The translations under genes were made by a program, and so were the position numbers. The notes below the pieces were generated by a model. The model was not told where the DNA came from. It did not search any database and worked only from the letters and a program-made list of their open reading frames with translations. A DNA stretch of 63,151 bases, the filler included, from Bigelowiella natans CCMP2755 (lineage: Eukaryota; Protista; Cercozoa), in NCBI GenBank assembly GCA_000320545.1. It is 6 parts of 6 records of this genome, joined end to end, with 100 filler letters (N's around TTAATTAATTAA, not from the genome) between each part and the next. Parts side by side here need not be neighbours in the genome. Positions count along the whole stretch, not along the records: positions 29,632 to 46,080 come from ADNK01001593.1; positions 46,181 to 49,360 come from ADNK01000039.1; positions 49,461 to 50,830 come from ADNK01002527.1; positions 50,931 to 63,151 come from ADNK01001939.1; 2 more parts are not named here. One strand, written 5' to 3'. Positions 43,224 to 55,160 of this stretch are shown piece after piece; position 1 is the stretch's first letter, and each line of letters starts with the position of its first letter.

Positions 43224-44632
43224 ATTATGATCACCATTGTCATCAAAGCTCATGATCACTGACATTACTGTGCACAATGAACTAGGGATTAAATTCCATG
43301 AGGACATGCGGATTGATGATTGACGTAATCGAGGAAGAACAAAAAAAGATGATAGAAAAGCAGGAAATGAAGACATATTCAGAGTTCATGGTGAGGTTTC
43401 CCATCATAAACGCATTGCGCTAATTAACTCAAATTCAGCAGTCTGGGCATCATAATGAATAATCATCGATTAAAATGAGGACTATGGTACCCAGATATAC
43501 CACGAAGACCTTCCTACAAACGATTTCAACCAGCTCATGGATGTCCTTTCTTCTCCCCGCGACTCCTACATCAGAGAAGGGGTCTTATTTCTTCCACACC
43601 TTCTCCCCCCTCCTTCGACATCATCATCATCACCATCATCGTCATCATATTTTCCAAATACCTACGAATAAACAAGAATGATAGAAATAACAGCCTAAAA
43701 TGGCGTATTTATTGATATCAAATATATTGTGTTGTTTACTAGTTTGTACTATCTTCTAGGTGTATGCATGCGCGATTGGCCGTTCTTTTTATGCCCGCCT
43801 TTTCCCTCCGTACGTCACTCTGAAACACGCATATTAGAGGGTGGAGGAAAAGGATGTTCATCGATTCATTGGGAGATCTTCTTATGTATATGTAAATTGT
43901 ATTCATCTCCTCTCTCTCTCTCTCTCTTTCTCTCTCTCCTTCTCCTACGCAGTCGTTTTTTGCACATGGTAACTTGCTACATCACGTTGCATTGGCTGTC
44001 AACTACACCAAGGTAGTAGATGGATGGACCTATCTAAAGATACACGATGATAAATCTATAGCTTCACATCTCTTTGAGTTCTGAACATGTGATAACATCT
44101 TGGCATGTAGTGTCCTCCCTGGAATTGTATTCAACGCAGCAGAGAGTGAGTAGTAGTAGTACCGTAGTAGTCATCATGATGATGATGATGATGATGATTA
44201 TAATAATGATGGTGGTGATGATGACATGTCACTGCAAGTATGCACCAAAAGGACATAACAACACGCATGATGTGGTGTTGTACGTTTCTTCGTTTTGTGA
44301 AATGCAAAGTAATGTTTCTAAATGATTGTGGTTCGGATTTAACTTGTTGTGATGTGATGCTGCTACGGAGAAGAAGTGTCTGGTTCGTGCGATGCTACTA
44401 CTACCACTACTACTACTACTACAACTACTAAAGATTTTGCGCAGCATAAAGAACGATGGGCTCTCCAGGTAGTAGTAATAGTAGTAGTAGTAGTAGTTGC
44501 AGCATCGGCAGTAGCAGTAGAGTGCAGTGAAAGATTAAAAGAGCATTAACCTCCTCTTGACACAATGCACATTCACATCTTTAGTTTTTGTTTACTGCTG
44601 ATCGTTGCATGTTGCTTGAAAACTACTACTAG

Positions 44633-44665
<33 letters not shown>

Positions 44666-45065
44666 CACTGCTACTACGTGCTGGATGATGTGTTTGGTTG
44701 TGTTGATTTGATGGAGGCACGGGAAGACCTGAAAACATTTCTTCAACTGAGAGGTTGGTGTTGTTACTTATCCTTCATTTTACAATCCATACGATAATAA
44801 TGGTGATGAGGAATATGCCTACAGCTATCTTAACGATGTTGTGGATTGTGAGTTAATTTCACGTGTACCAATGCACATGTTAGCATATTATAATATACAT
44901 ACACATATTTAAAGAATGTTATCTTACAGCTGATGAGCTAAAGGCGGGGGGTCATCTTGTCGCTGTGATGATCGCTAGCAAAGATGACGGTAGCTTATCG
45001 AAGACTGCTTATGAACACGCGCATATGAACACACGTTGTAGATGAAACCGATTATACGGCATCGT

Positions 45066-45115
<50 letters not shown>

Positions 45116-46080
45116 ATGTGTGTGTCTGATCTGCCCATCTTGTGGGATGAGTTGTCTTCTATCCTAACAACGCTGTTCTAGGAAGTACAAGCAACCCTTT
45201 CGTACGCTCACAATCTCCAACCGGTACTATCATAAAGTATTTTAATACTTAATGAAATTATTGACGACCGTGTCTTCTCTTCTCTTTCCTTCCATAGAGA
45301 AGAATTCATGCATTGCTCGCTCTATCATGTCTCTTGTAGAAGATAAAAAGGTAACTGCAATTACATCAGCTATTGTAGTAGCTCTCTAATCTATTGGTGG
45401 TAGTGCTGCTGCTACTTTTGTAGCTGTTTAATAAAGAAGCATCTTAATTTTGTGATGATTCCATACGGAACAGCAGCATAGTTTATAAACCTGATGTGTG
45501 CGTGCGTGTGTGTGTTTCATCGTTATCGGTCGATTTGTGTATCTTTTGTTGTCTGTCTCTTACTATGCTTGTCTTAGATTACTGTGGAAGAGGCTGAGAA
45601 GGTACCTGCTCTCACTCCTCTTCTTCCTCCTCTAGCAAATGGTATTATCTACAAGGGCTTTATCCTGCTGTCGTCTACTGTTTGTATTATTGCATTACTA
45701 TTACCTGCAGATGCAATGCCCGTATTATCTCCGCACACGTGCAGAGGTTAGAGAAGTCTTGGAATCATCAGAGATACGGAATAAATTTGAGGTGGGGGAA
45801 CAAGTTATTACCAGAGCACTGCTCATTCTTGTTATAAAGATTCAATGATATTCTTCTCTTGTAATTCCTCTGTTATGATGTCTTACCCACCCTATGAAGT
45901 TATTCGATTAAATAGTATAATTTTGCGTGTTCATTTACCATGAAAGCTGCAAGATATGATGCTGATGGAGGTCCCCATCACTGTCCCTCCTTCTGCTTCT
46001 GACGGCCATGATAATGATAACAATGAATGGAATGGTAGGCAAATATTGTGTGCTTTCATTTTCCTCCTTTTTCTTTGCCC
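42909..46080 (+). CDS. SABATH-family SAM-dependent carboxyl methyltransferase (Methyltransf_7), multi-exon; may start further upstream (about 42630); 3' end cut by the gap
   Basis: Motifs IADLGCSQG (about 43102), QIYHEDLPTNDFNQL, AIGRSFYARLFP, LHMVTCYITLHWLS, DLKTFLQLR-ADELKAGGHLV and CPYYLRTRAEV. Confidence 0.88.
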
Positions 46081-46180
46081 NNNNNNNNNNNNNNNNNNNN
46101 NNNNNNNNNNNNNNNNNNNNNNNNTTAATTAATTAANNNNNNNNNNNNNNNNNNNNNNNNNNNNNNNNNNNNNNNNNNNN
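46081..46180. other. Assembly gap spacer
   Basis: N44-TTAATTAATTAA-N44. Confidence 0.97.
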
Positions 46181-46338
46181 TCCTCGCTGGCTCACCCCCT
46201 CACCCGCACGACCTTATTCTAATAAGTCTCACAGTTCCCCAGCTCCCGCAAAGAGACCAAGTTAATCAAAGAGTCAGGAGATGATATCCAACCTCTCCCC
46301 CCTCAGTGTGGAGCCCGGATGCGATGTGGCACTCCCTT

Positions 46339-46391
<53 letters not shown>

Positions 46392-46517
46392 CTCCTTCTA
46401 CGTCTCCATATTCATCATCCTCACCACCACGCTACTACTACTACTACTACTACTACCAGTCGCTTGCAGAACAACGTCAGCGACCACTCCAAAAAGTACA
46501 TGTCAGGGGCTATTCCT

Positions 46518-46549
<32 letters not shown>

Positions 46550-47847
46550 TGAAATGCGACAATGAAGAACAACAACATTTAAAACAAACAAGCACTTAAC
46601 CAGAGCATAATAGGGAAGAGGAAAGCCAAGAAAGAGAAAAGGGGGACGAGGAGGAAATATATGAAGGAGTTAGTAACAAACACCACCCTCGCTATTGAGG
46701 TGCACGGAGAGAGCCGGCAAGTTATCCTTCAGCATCATCTCGTACAGGCGATATCGTTCCTGGGAAAGTCAAAAATCAACAGAGAATGAAGGGAGAAAGG
46801 GCGGGGGGGGGTAATAGAGCGGTCGTATTCGATTGTATTCATCATGCGGTCGCCACCCAAAGACACGAAGAAACGCCCCAAACGCCCCCATTAGCACCGA
46901 CACAAGCATCGTAATAATTCACTAAGTTGTTGTTCTGTGGATTGAATGGCATTTGCAGCAGCAGCAGCTGGTAGTTGTAATAGCACCAGCATCTCTGGAT
47001 TGTCCCCGTTCAACGAGAGGAAAGCACGCAGGAATGGCTTGGCGAGGAGGTTGCAGAACACCTCAAACCTGCGTGCGCCATTACCACCACATCAGATATA
47101 TTGTGAGTGAACGAGTGAAGAAGAAGAAGAAGAACAAGAAGAAGAAGAACAAGAAGAAGAAGAACAAGAAGCTCCGAACGGCACATAGTAGGCTGCTGCT
47201 GTGAGGGTGTTGGAAAGCGAGCGCAGCGTATTTTATCTTCTTTTCACTTTTCACACTACTACTATCATCATTCAGCAGCAGCGAGAGCAGCAGCAATACG
47301 TCGTGTAAACGTCCAGATAGAATAGCAGATGCCCTGCGAGGTACGACATGCCCTGCACATATCTGCAAAGGGGGGGGGGGGGGGGTACATCATCATGCAA
47401 CACCATTAATAGAGAACCACGAGGCGACGATGACGACGACGATGATGATGATGATGAGGAGGAGGAGGAGGAGGAGGACAACATGATGAGGCAATAGGAC
47501 GAGTACTAAGAACTAAGAACACCCCAAATGCGGCTGGAAGAAGCAATACGTCTGCAAGATCATCAACAGCTCGTTGTGCATTGGACATTCTCTGCAAAGC
47601 AACCAACATCACAACCACCACGCGTGCAAACGGTGAGTAGGAATGAAATTTGCAATGGAACTGAGAGGACGGTTCGCAACACTAGACGATGCAGCACGAT
47701 AAAATATCAGAGAAAGAACTGCCTTATCGTCGATTGACAACGCACGCACTCACTCGGCGAAGAAAGTTTCCATTGACAGATAATTAGTATAGAGAATAAC
47801 TCTTCAAGATACATTGGACAACACTACCACGTACTCAAAACGCACAA

Positions 47848-47892
<45 letters not shown>

Positions 47893-48900
47893 GCGACACC
47901 CCTCTTCCCCCCACCCTGTATACTAGTATCTCACGACTTTTGGAAGAATGAGAAGATAGGAAATGTGCGCGAGATGTCCGTTGCGATCAGCATGTACGTC
48001 CTGACGTTGGGAGAAAGACACATCATCACTTTTCGTCGATGCGTGAAGCCAGAATCCACAGAAGAAGAGATTCAACCGAACGACACACGAATTGGGGCAA
48101 CGGGGGGCGGACAGTACTAGCCTTCCGATAAGACACAGCACAAACAACAGCTGTGTTAACCAGCAAGAGAAACGAGCAGAGAACATCGTGCTTGCATATA
48201 ACATTTCTCACTGTCACTCCTCACATTTCTTTTCCTTTAAGCATCATTGTCGTCGTCATCCCTTGGTCGTCGCCCTTGCTGTCCTCCTCCTGCTCCTCAA
48301 CCACCTCGCCCCCCCCTTTCTCCTCCGCCGCTGAGCATAGAGCAGAATAGGACGGTGTGGAGCAGGAACGCGCAACGACACATACCTCTATATCTCCCAA
48401 TCTCACCAAAGGGTAAAAGAGGGAGGGGGGGGGGGGGAGGGGGGGAGATATCCAATGATGGTTACCTCCATCGTAATTATCGTCAGAATCAGCATTCTTC
48501 TTCCTCCTCCTTCCCCCACCGTTTCTTGAAGGAAAAGAAGATCAGCACAAGAGACGAAGTAGTAGTTGCAGCAGTAGTAGCAGTAGTAGGTGCATACACG
48601 TGAAAATGCATAATACCACAGGCACACAACAGGCCATCATCATCACCATTCCTTCCTCACCTCCTCTGCTCCTCCTCCTCCTCCCGCTGAGCCACAGCCT
48701 TCGCCGCTATCTCGCCTGATGGGTGGGAATGATATACAAACGCATCGGTACTATTGTATTGGAGAGATTTGTTAGTGCTACACTATGTTTGAAAGAGCGT
48801 ATGAGAGGTGTAGCTAGGCCTTTCTCTGCTTCTTCTAGCTGCTGTGCGTGTTTAAGCGTCTTTGGTCTCATCACCATAATGCTTCCACGTGGCCTCATTT
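46181..48900 (-). CDS. TBC-domain Rab GTPase-activating protein (TBC1D12/14-like), partial, between gaps
   Basis: LIATDISRTFPIFSFF, LLMILQTYCFFQPHLG|YVQGMSYLAGHLL, FEVFCNLLAKPFL, LPALSVHL and GIAPDMYFLEWSLTLF. Confidence 0.85.
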
Positions 48901-49084
48901 ATGCTGCGGACAGAGGGGGTTCATCATCGCAGAGAAAGGGGGGGAGGGGAGGGCGGAGGAGGAAGGCGATGAGAGTGTTGTGTACAATCTAGGTCTACTC
49001 GTTGCATATAAGCGAATGATAGCTCGTATGGGGGAAGGGGGGGGGGGGGGGAGTAGTTGATGCAAACGCTGAGAATATTCTCTC

Positions 49085-49164
<80 letters not shown>

Positions 49165-49360
49165 CTTTATATTACCCGAGAATGTTGTCGCACCACAACG
49201 GCCACACCTTTTTCCTTATAATCGTGGGAACCCTACGAGCAGAGCATTCAGCGTCGTCTGTATTTCCTACCTTAAAAAATGACATGTGCACGCAAAATGC
49301 TACTGCCGCCGCCTCTGCCATACCCGTATTTGACCGCCATTTCCTTTGCACGCGCTCTGT

Positions 49361-49460
49361 NNNNNNNNNNNNNNNNNNNNNNNNNNNNNNNNNNNNNNNN
49401 NNNNTTAATTAATTAANNNNNNNNNNNNNNNNNNNNNNNNNNNNNNNNNNNNNNNNNNNN
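49361..49460. other. Assembly gap spacer
   Basis: N44-TTAATTAATTAA-N44. Confidence 0.97.
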
Positions 49461-50670
49461 GTAGTTTTGCAACGCAAGAAGAAGATCTTGCCGTGATTCC
49501 ATTGCGTATCAAGGTAGGCTCCGGTATCTCGTAAGTCATATTGAGCTGTTATATGCAGAAGGAAAAAGGATTAGCACTTAGAAATTCAAGATGTCGCAAA
49601 TAGATGAATATTACCAAGGCCAAACGAGGACAAATGCGGATCTCCATACGCTGCTCCGATGCAGGAAGGCCCAAAAGACCCCTCCTTGATGAACCCATAA
49701 GAATCGAACAATTTGTCCCCCTCATCATATGCAGCGGCCTTTAGACAGTATTTTTTGTCTTTCTTAACCTCGAAGGCTTTGGTGATGAGCGTGTATGTTG
49801 CTGAGTCAACTGGTTTGTTGAAAGTAGGAAGCCCGCTTATATGCTGCACGGGGGTTGTAAGCGTAGTAGCGCTTCCAATAACATCAGCCTTTGTGAAGTC
49901 TTTGATCACGTTAAATCCTGACCATTTCTTTTTCAGTAGGATGACTACTCCATCTTCGTAGGTTCCATTTTGAGATCTACGATTAAATGGTTGTGGTTAA
50001 GAAAAGCTGTTTAATTGATGGGGCGGCGAAAAACGAAGAATCATGTTAATCCACTTGACTTACTCGGAGGTAGCAAACTGATATTTGAGTGCGACTAGAG
50101 TATTCTTCTTAGCTTTAAAGCAGATTCGAATGACAGATCCTCCTTTGTTTTTAGTTTTTGGAGGCTCGTTGATGATGCCGTCAAGATCAGGATCGATGTT
50201 ATAGTTTGGAGTGACACCAAGACGCAGCGACGGCTTGCCGTAGAAAATTCCGGGATTTGTGAACCCCTTTTTCACTGGCCCGCCGCCAGTGATCCATACC
50301 GAGGATGGGTAGTACCAACCAGGCTCAAAAATACTTGCTCCAACGGTGGTGAACGTCTCTGTAGTTGTTGATCCATCACCCGCTCTGACATTTTCGTCCG
50401 CAGAGAGAGTCTGTAGATAACATTATTGGTGAGAAAAAATGATAAGGATAGAATCTTTCTAACGGGTACGAGGCAACCTGCCCACTCCAGACTGCGGTGG
50501 CAGTTGACAGAAAGGCAAGTGTGGCAGCAAAGCGCAACATGGATGATCAATTGGCGGTTGGATTGTGCTAGGACAACAGTCGGAGAGGCTGAGAGCTATA
50601 ACAGTCCGGAGACAGGCTGAAGAACCCTAGCTCAGAAGAAACCCCTGGAATAGCTGTGTTCTGCATGACA
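49461..50670 (-). CDS. Probable extracellular protein with the start of a VWD-like domain; partial
   Basis: Open exons 50060-50415 and 49615-49978 end in SCIGAAYGDPHLSSFG; GDPH is typical of VWD N-termini. Confidence 0.55.
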
Positions 50671-50830
50671 AGTAACTCAATGAGTTGTTTTTTTCTGTTT
50701 TTAAATTTTCCTTTCATGTTTTTTCCTCGATCTCGCAATGTTGCTCGTTGTCGCAGCCGCTAGTTTCTGCTGGGATCAGTCGCAATTCTCTCTATCTCGT
50801 TGGTGTTCATCTATGGAATCTCTGGATGCA

Positions 50831-50930
50831 NNNNNNNNNNNNNNNNNNNNNNNNNNNNNNNNNNNNNNNNNNNNTTAATTAATTAANNNNNNNNNNNNNN
50901 NNNNNNNNNNNNNNNNNNNNNNNNNNNNNN
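50831..50930. other. Assembly gap spacer
   Basis: N44-TTAATTAATTAA-N44. Confidence 0.97.
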
Positions 50931-50946
50931 TGTTTATTGGATCTAA

Positions 50947-52194
50947 AACCATATCACTGCTCTACTCTACCATTACTACTGGCCCTACAAGCTAAAAGAG
51001 ATAAGGACATACCTGCGTGGCTGCAGGTGCTCCAGCTTGAAGGCGGCAGGCGTCGCCACCAAGGAGTCCAGCAAGAGCCGTGCATCTAAGAAAATCAAAG
51101 CAAGGAACTTCTTAGATATCGTGCAAATTGATGTTTATAAGTACGATGGCTATCACTACCTTACCTTCGTTGATGTGGCCACTGGAAAGTGCTGGGTTAA
51201 AAAGATTATCAAGGTCAACGTTGCTAAGAAGAACAAAGGCTTATATAAGCAGAGGCTTACTAACTGCTACCGTACCTGGGAGTCTGAGCTCCAGGCTATC
51301 CCTGATGAAGTTAGCATAAACAAGATACCAAAGAAGTTACATGTGGATAATGAGACCTCTCTTCTACAGCTACCACACCCTAATATTGATGCCTCACCTG
51401 TATACTATGCCCAGTCCAACTCCAAGGTAGAGCGACTCCACCGCACCTTGGCCAACCTAAGCAGGATAAATAGCACCACACCAGACAAGATACAAGGGTT
51501 AGTAAACGACACCTTCACGTCTGGGGGAGGTATCAAGGATAAGGAGAGGGAAGAAGGCGACGACAACGACGACGATACCGAGAGCGAAGACGAGAAGGTC
51601 CCGTACGATGGCCGAGTTCTAAAGGAAGGACAGTATGTTAGGGCCAAGGTAAATCTGAGATCGAGAAATAAACAAGACCCCTTCTGGGGTGGCGTTGCAA
51701 AGGTTACCGAGAGGAAGGGGAGGAAGCAGTACTACATCTATGATGGGAACAGGGTCACCTTGCGCCACATCAGTCACCTAAAGAATTATGATATCGGTGA
51801 GAAGCTCCTAGAGGATGTTAAAGTAAACCCTACTGTGTGGGAGCGAGCAATGCCTTGTTTAGGACCCCGACCTAAGTTCGATGTGGAATATGGAAACAAT
51901 AAGGTCAGGGTGAACGACGATTGGCGCATGAAGATTGTCTATCTAGGCTACCCTGGATTACGAAATATGGAGAGGGTAGCTATGAAAATAAAGGACGGAA
52001 AATATCAGCTACTCTACCTAGCTGTTCCCGACTTACCCTTTGAGCACTGGTATAAGGTCCTGGGGGACCTTGATGCAGAGGGCTGGTATGGACACGAACC
52101 TAAGGACGAAGGTGAGTTCTGGGTAAGCGACAAAGGAGATAAGGTTAGAGAGGAATCTATTACCTGGTGGTTGGTGAAGTTCCGAAAGCGATGA
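50947..52194 (+). CDS. Retroviral-type DDE integrase with zinc-finger remnant, SH3-like domain and a C-terminal extension resembling a degenerate Dam-like methyltransferase
   Basis: YYWP...IRTYLRGCRC; IVQIDV...YLTFVDVATG; LHVDNE; YYAQSNSKVERLHRTL; LKEGQYV...PFWGG...RHISHLK. Confidence 0.85.
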   Translation, partial: NHITALLYHYYWPYKLKEIRTYLRGCRCSSLKAAGVATKESSKSRASKKIKARNFLDIVQIDVYKYDGYHYLTFVDVATGKCWVKKIIKVNVAKKNKGLYKQRLTNCYRTWESELQAIPDEVSINKIPKKLHVDNETSLLQLPHPNIDASPVYYAQSNSKVERLHRTLANLSRINSTTPDKIQGLVNDTFTSGGGIKDKEREEGDDNDDDTESEDEKVPYDGRVLKEGQYVRAKVNLRSRNKQDPFWGGVAKVTERKGRKQYYIYDGNRVTLRHISHLKNYDIGEKLLEDVKVNPTVWERAMPCLGPRPKFDVEYGNNKVRVNDDWRMKIVYLGYPGLRNMERVAMKIKDGKYQLLYLAVPDLPFEHWYKVLGDLDAEGWYGHEPKDEGEFWVSDKGDKVREESITWWLVKFRKR

Positions 52195-52245
52195 AGGTCT
52201 AAGGGAATAAGGAAGGAAGGAAGGAGCAACGTGACTTGGGGGAGG

Positions 52246-52571
52246 TGTAGCGCGTACCACTACGCGGGCACAAGTCACGTGCGACAACAAAGGGGTTGTC
52301 GCGGATATAGAATATAGATAACGTAGATATTAATACAGCATAGGCACGTGGGTTCCGGCGGGACTCATGGCAGCACACCGGAAGTGTGCTGCCCCACGTG
52401 CGGCGGCATTCGCGAAAGCTTCGCGAATGATTACGCAGTGCACGATTTAATAAAAATATAATCTTTAATAAAAATAAACACAACTCTTCAAAAGGAAGCA
52501 AACGTGCCTTTCCCCCCCCCTGCCTACTTGTGCACGTAGCGCCTCGGCCTGTGAACACCTTACGCGCAACA
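52246..52571 (+). repeat. 3' long terminal repeat, 326 bp
   Basis: Starts TGTAGCGCGTA and ends TACGCGCAACA (10/11 inverted match). AATAAA occurs several times at 52449-52478. Confidence 0.85.
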
Positions 52572-53169
52572 GCTCTGGAGGGTTGTGTGTTCCGGATCTG
52601 CACGTGCATCTTGTGTGGTCAGCACACAGGCATGACTGGCACACATCCTTCAAACCATCCTCCTTGCAGCTTCTCCTGATGTGACGCCATTCGTCCTCAG
52701 CAACCGAGAACGTTGCCTCAAGTTCTCCCCAAGGATGTGTCTTCCCGTCCAGCTAGCCAGCCTCCTCGCAATTGCCTCCTCGTCACATGACCCCAACCGC
52801 ACTTTGGCAGAGAAATCACACTGTCGTGTGCAACTACGACCCCGTTGTGTTCATGATGCACCCTCACATGACTCCCGTTCTTCAACACACACTTCTCTGA
52901 ATTTGACATGAGGGAAAGAGGGCAAGGAAGGTTGGTGTGGTGTGCTGGGGTTGGCCCCAATGAGCTCGTGTGAAAAAAAGTTGCGAGCGTTGCCAGAGAT
53001 TTCACGTCAATTTCGGCCAAAGAAATCCATGGATGTTCACACATGAAATTCGTTTTTTTGCAAGGAAATCTTCATTTTTGGTTCAAATCCTAAAAAAAAT
53101 TTCGGCTGCCGCCGAAACGAGGCACACCTGAAAAGTCCGCGCATCCCTGCCGGGATTCCCGGGGAGTGA

Positions 53170-54290
53170 GAAACCCTTGATCCACTGCCCACAAAGCCCG
53201 GCGTGCTCTCTTCATGGCAAAAAGACCATGCTCAACTGCCGGAGAAAAAACCTCTCCCAGAGCTTTCATTGCCATTTGCAAGGCCCTGGTCCGACCGCTC
53301 ATGGAGTGTGCGGCTCCTGTGTGGAGCCCATCGTTGACTCGCCATGCGCTCCGTCTTCTTGAAGGGGTCCAAAACGAAGCTGTTCGCTGGGCATTGCGTG
53401 CGCCTGTGCGTGTCCCAGCTGTGGCCATTCGACTGGAATTGGGTCTCCCGTCAATGGCTTCAAGGCTCCAAACTCCAACAATGCGGTTCTTCCTGAAGAG
53501 TGCATCTCTCACAGAGCGTCTTTGCCATTCCATGTGGGGGGCTTGCTTTCAACTCGACTTGCTTCCAGCACGCTCCATCAAGCGTTTGGTTCTTTCGGTT
53601 CTCCAAAGTGTTCCTCCTGGTCTGCTGGCATCTGTCTCTCAAACTGAATGGGCTTCGGCATGGAACTCTCAAGACTCTTCAATTGCCTCTCGTGATGTTC
53701 GCTCAGTCCGCACCCAGGTGAGTGGAATGCAATCTCTCCGTTGTCTGCCAGAGGTTCGCTCATGGGAGCCGGTTTCCAAACCGCATGCATGGAGCTCTGG
53801 AGAAGTGGGCAAACAAGCCCATCTTCACTGTTCCAAGTGTCTTGATGAATGGCATGATGTTCGTGGTGTGTCCCTCAAATGCCAAGCTCGTTGTGGTGCC
53901 TTGTGGTGGCGTCACAACACTGCTAGATTCTTCGCATTGGAGCCGCATGAGGGATGGTGCTCCTTGTGTGATTCCCACAAAGACGTGTCTCTGCAACACC
54001 TTTTGTTTTCCTGTGAAGGAACATCTGATGTCAGAGACCGTTTTTGGAACAAGGTTCGCCACCTCCCATCTCGACATCAAGCTGATTCCAACGACAATGT
54101 CATCACTTTGCGTGCTTTTTCAGCCATGTCTTCACATGGCAAGCTTTGCCTTGCTTTGGGGGCTGGGACTGGTGTTCCTTCAACTGACAAAGAAATCGAC
54201 AGGGCTTTCCGTCGAACCATTGTCCTGCTTGATGATTTTGCTGCTGTTCGCCAATTCAACTCATCCCCGTCGCAAGCTTCTTCTTCCTGA
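53170..54290 (+). mobile_element. 5'-truncated LINE ORF2 relic (post-RT region plus CCHC zinc knuckle), TpA-hypermutated
   Basis: ICKALVRPLMECAAPVWSP...LEGVQ matches the canonical LYKALVRPxLEYAAPVWSP...LExVQ; CSLCD...LQHLLFSC zinc knuckle. The 358-aa ORF contains no Tyr. Confidence 0.9.
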
Positions 54291-54450
54291 TTCTGTTGAA
54301 TCTTGCTCCGATCATCAGTTTCAGTTGCAACTCAGTCACGTTTCAACTGTGTCAACCAACAACGTTTTGTTCACCTAGCTGCAGCTTGTCTTCTTGGCTT
54401 CCCCAGATGCAGGTCATCAGCTAGTCGTGCAACTCATCACCAACAGGGTG

Positions 54451-55160
54451 CTGACAAGTCCTTGCAACGATTGTTGTTGAGGCTCTGTTGCATGCAAACG
54501 CGTGTCTCCCATGTGGTTCTCGCGCATGTGAACTTGATCAATGCTTTCTTCATGTTCATGTTCATGTCCTACTCGTGTTGGTCGCATTGCGGAAGTGCAA
54601 CGCCAAGCAGCGCGCATCGCCGGTCTGCTAGATGTGTCCATGCATCGATTTGGAAACGCAGTCGATCAACAAAGCCCATTTCTTTCTCTCTTTCTTTCCG
54701 TGCTAGGTGTGCATGCGCAATTGTGCAATCTGAAGCACAATCGTGACAAGTCCTTGCAACGAGTGTTGTTGAGGCTCTGCTGCATGTGAACGCCTGTCTC
54801 CCATGTGGTTCTGGCGCATGCAGATTTGATCAACGCTTTGTTCATTGTTCATTGTTCATTGTGGTCTGGTCTGCCAAGCTGCGACTGCGTGTCAGGTGCA
54901 CGATGACTTCAATTGGCATCGCCAGATCGCACGCACCAGTGCGTGTGCACGAAATCACAAACGAGTCAAAGTCAAAGACGCTTGTGCACAAGTTTGTGCA
55001 AAGCGAACGGAATTGGTGACACATCGCGACTCCATTGAACAGACACAGTCGTGACTCACAAACTAGCAAAGCTAGAGCTGGAGAGCGCCATTGCCGCAAT
55101 GAACAATGAACAATGAATGAAGCATTGACGCAAATCCACATGCACCAGAACCACAACCCA
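54451..55160. repeat. Repeated retroelement-like 3' ends with (TTCATTG)n tails: direct copies at about 54451-54565 and 54743-54861, inverted copy at about 55099-55155
   Basis: gacaagtccttgcaacga.tgttgttgaggctctg occurs twice. 54806-54857 is identical to 6541-6592. Confidence 0.75.

Larger units (their letters stand above)
50931..52571 (+). mobile_element. 3' part of a Gypsy-like LTR retrotransposon (integrase, PPT, 3' LTR)
   Basis: Integrase is the last pol domain. A purine tract GGGGGAGG (52238-52245) is followed directly by TG...CA with terminal inverted repeats. Confidence 0.85.

Noticed and set aside
53214-54290. Alternative genetic code or codon bias as the cause of missing Tyr
   Set aside because: TA is absent in all frames and in non-coding flanks, while neighbouring genes use Tyr and TAA/TAG normally.
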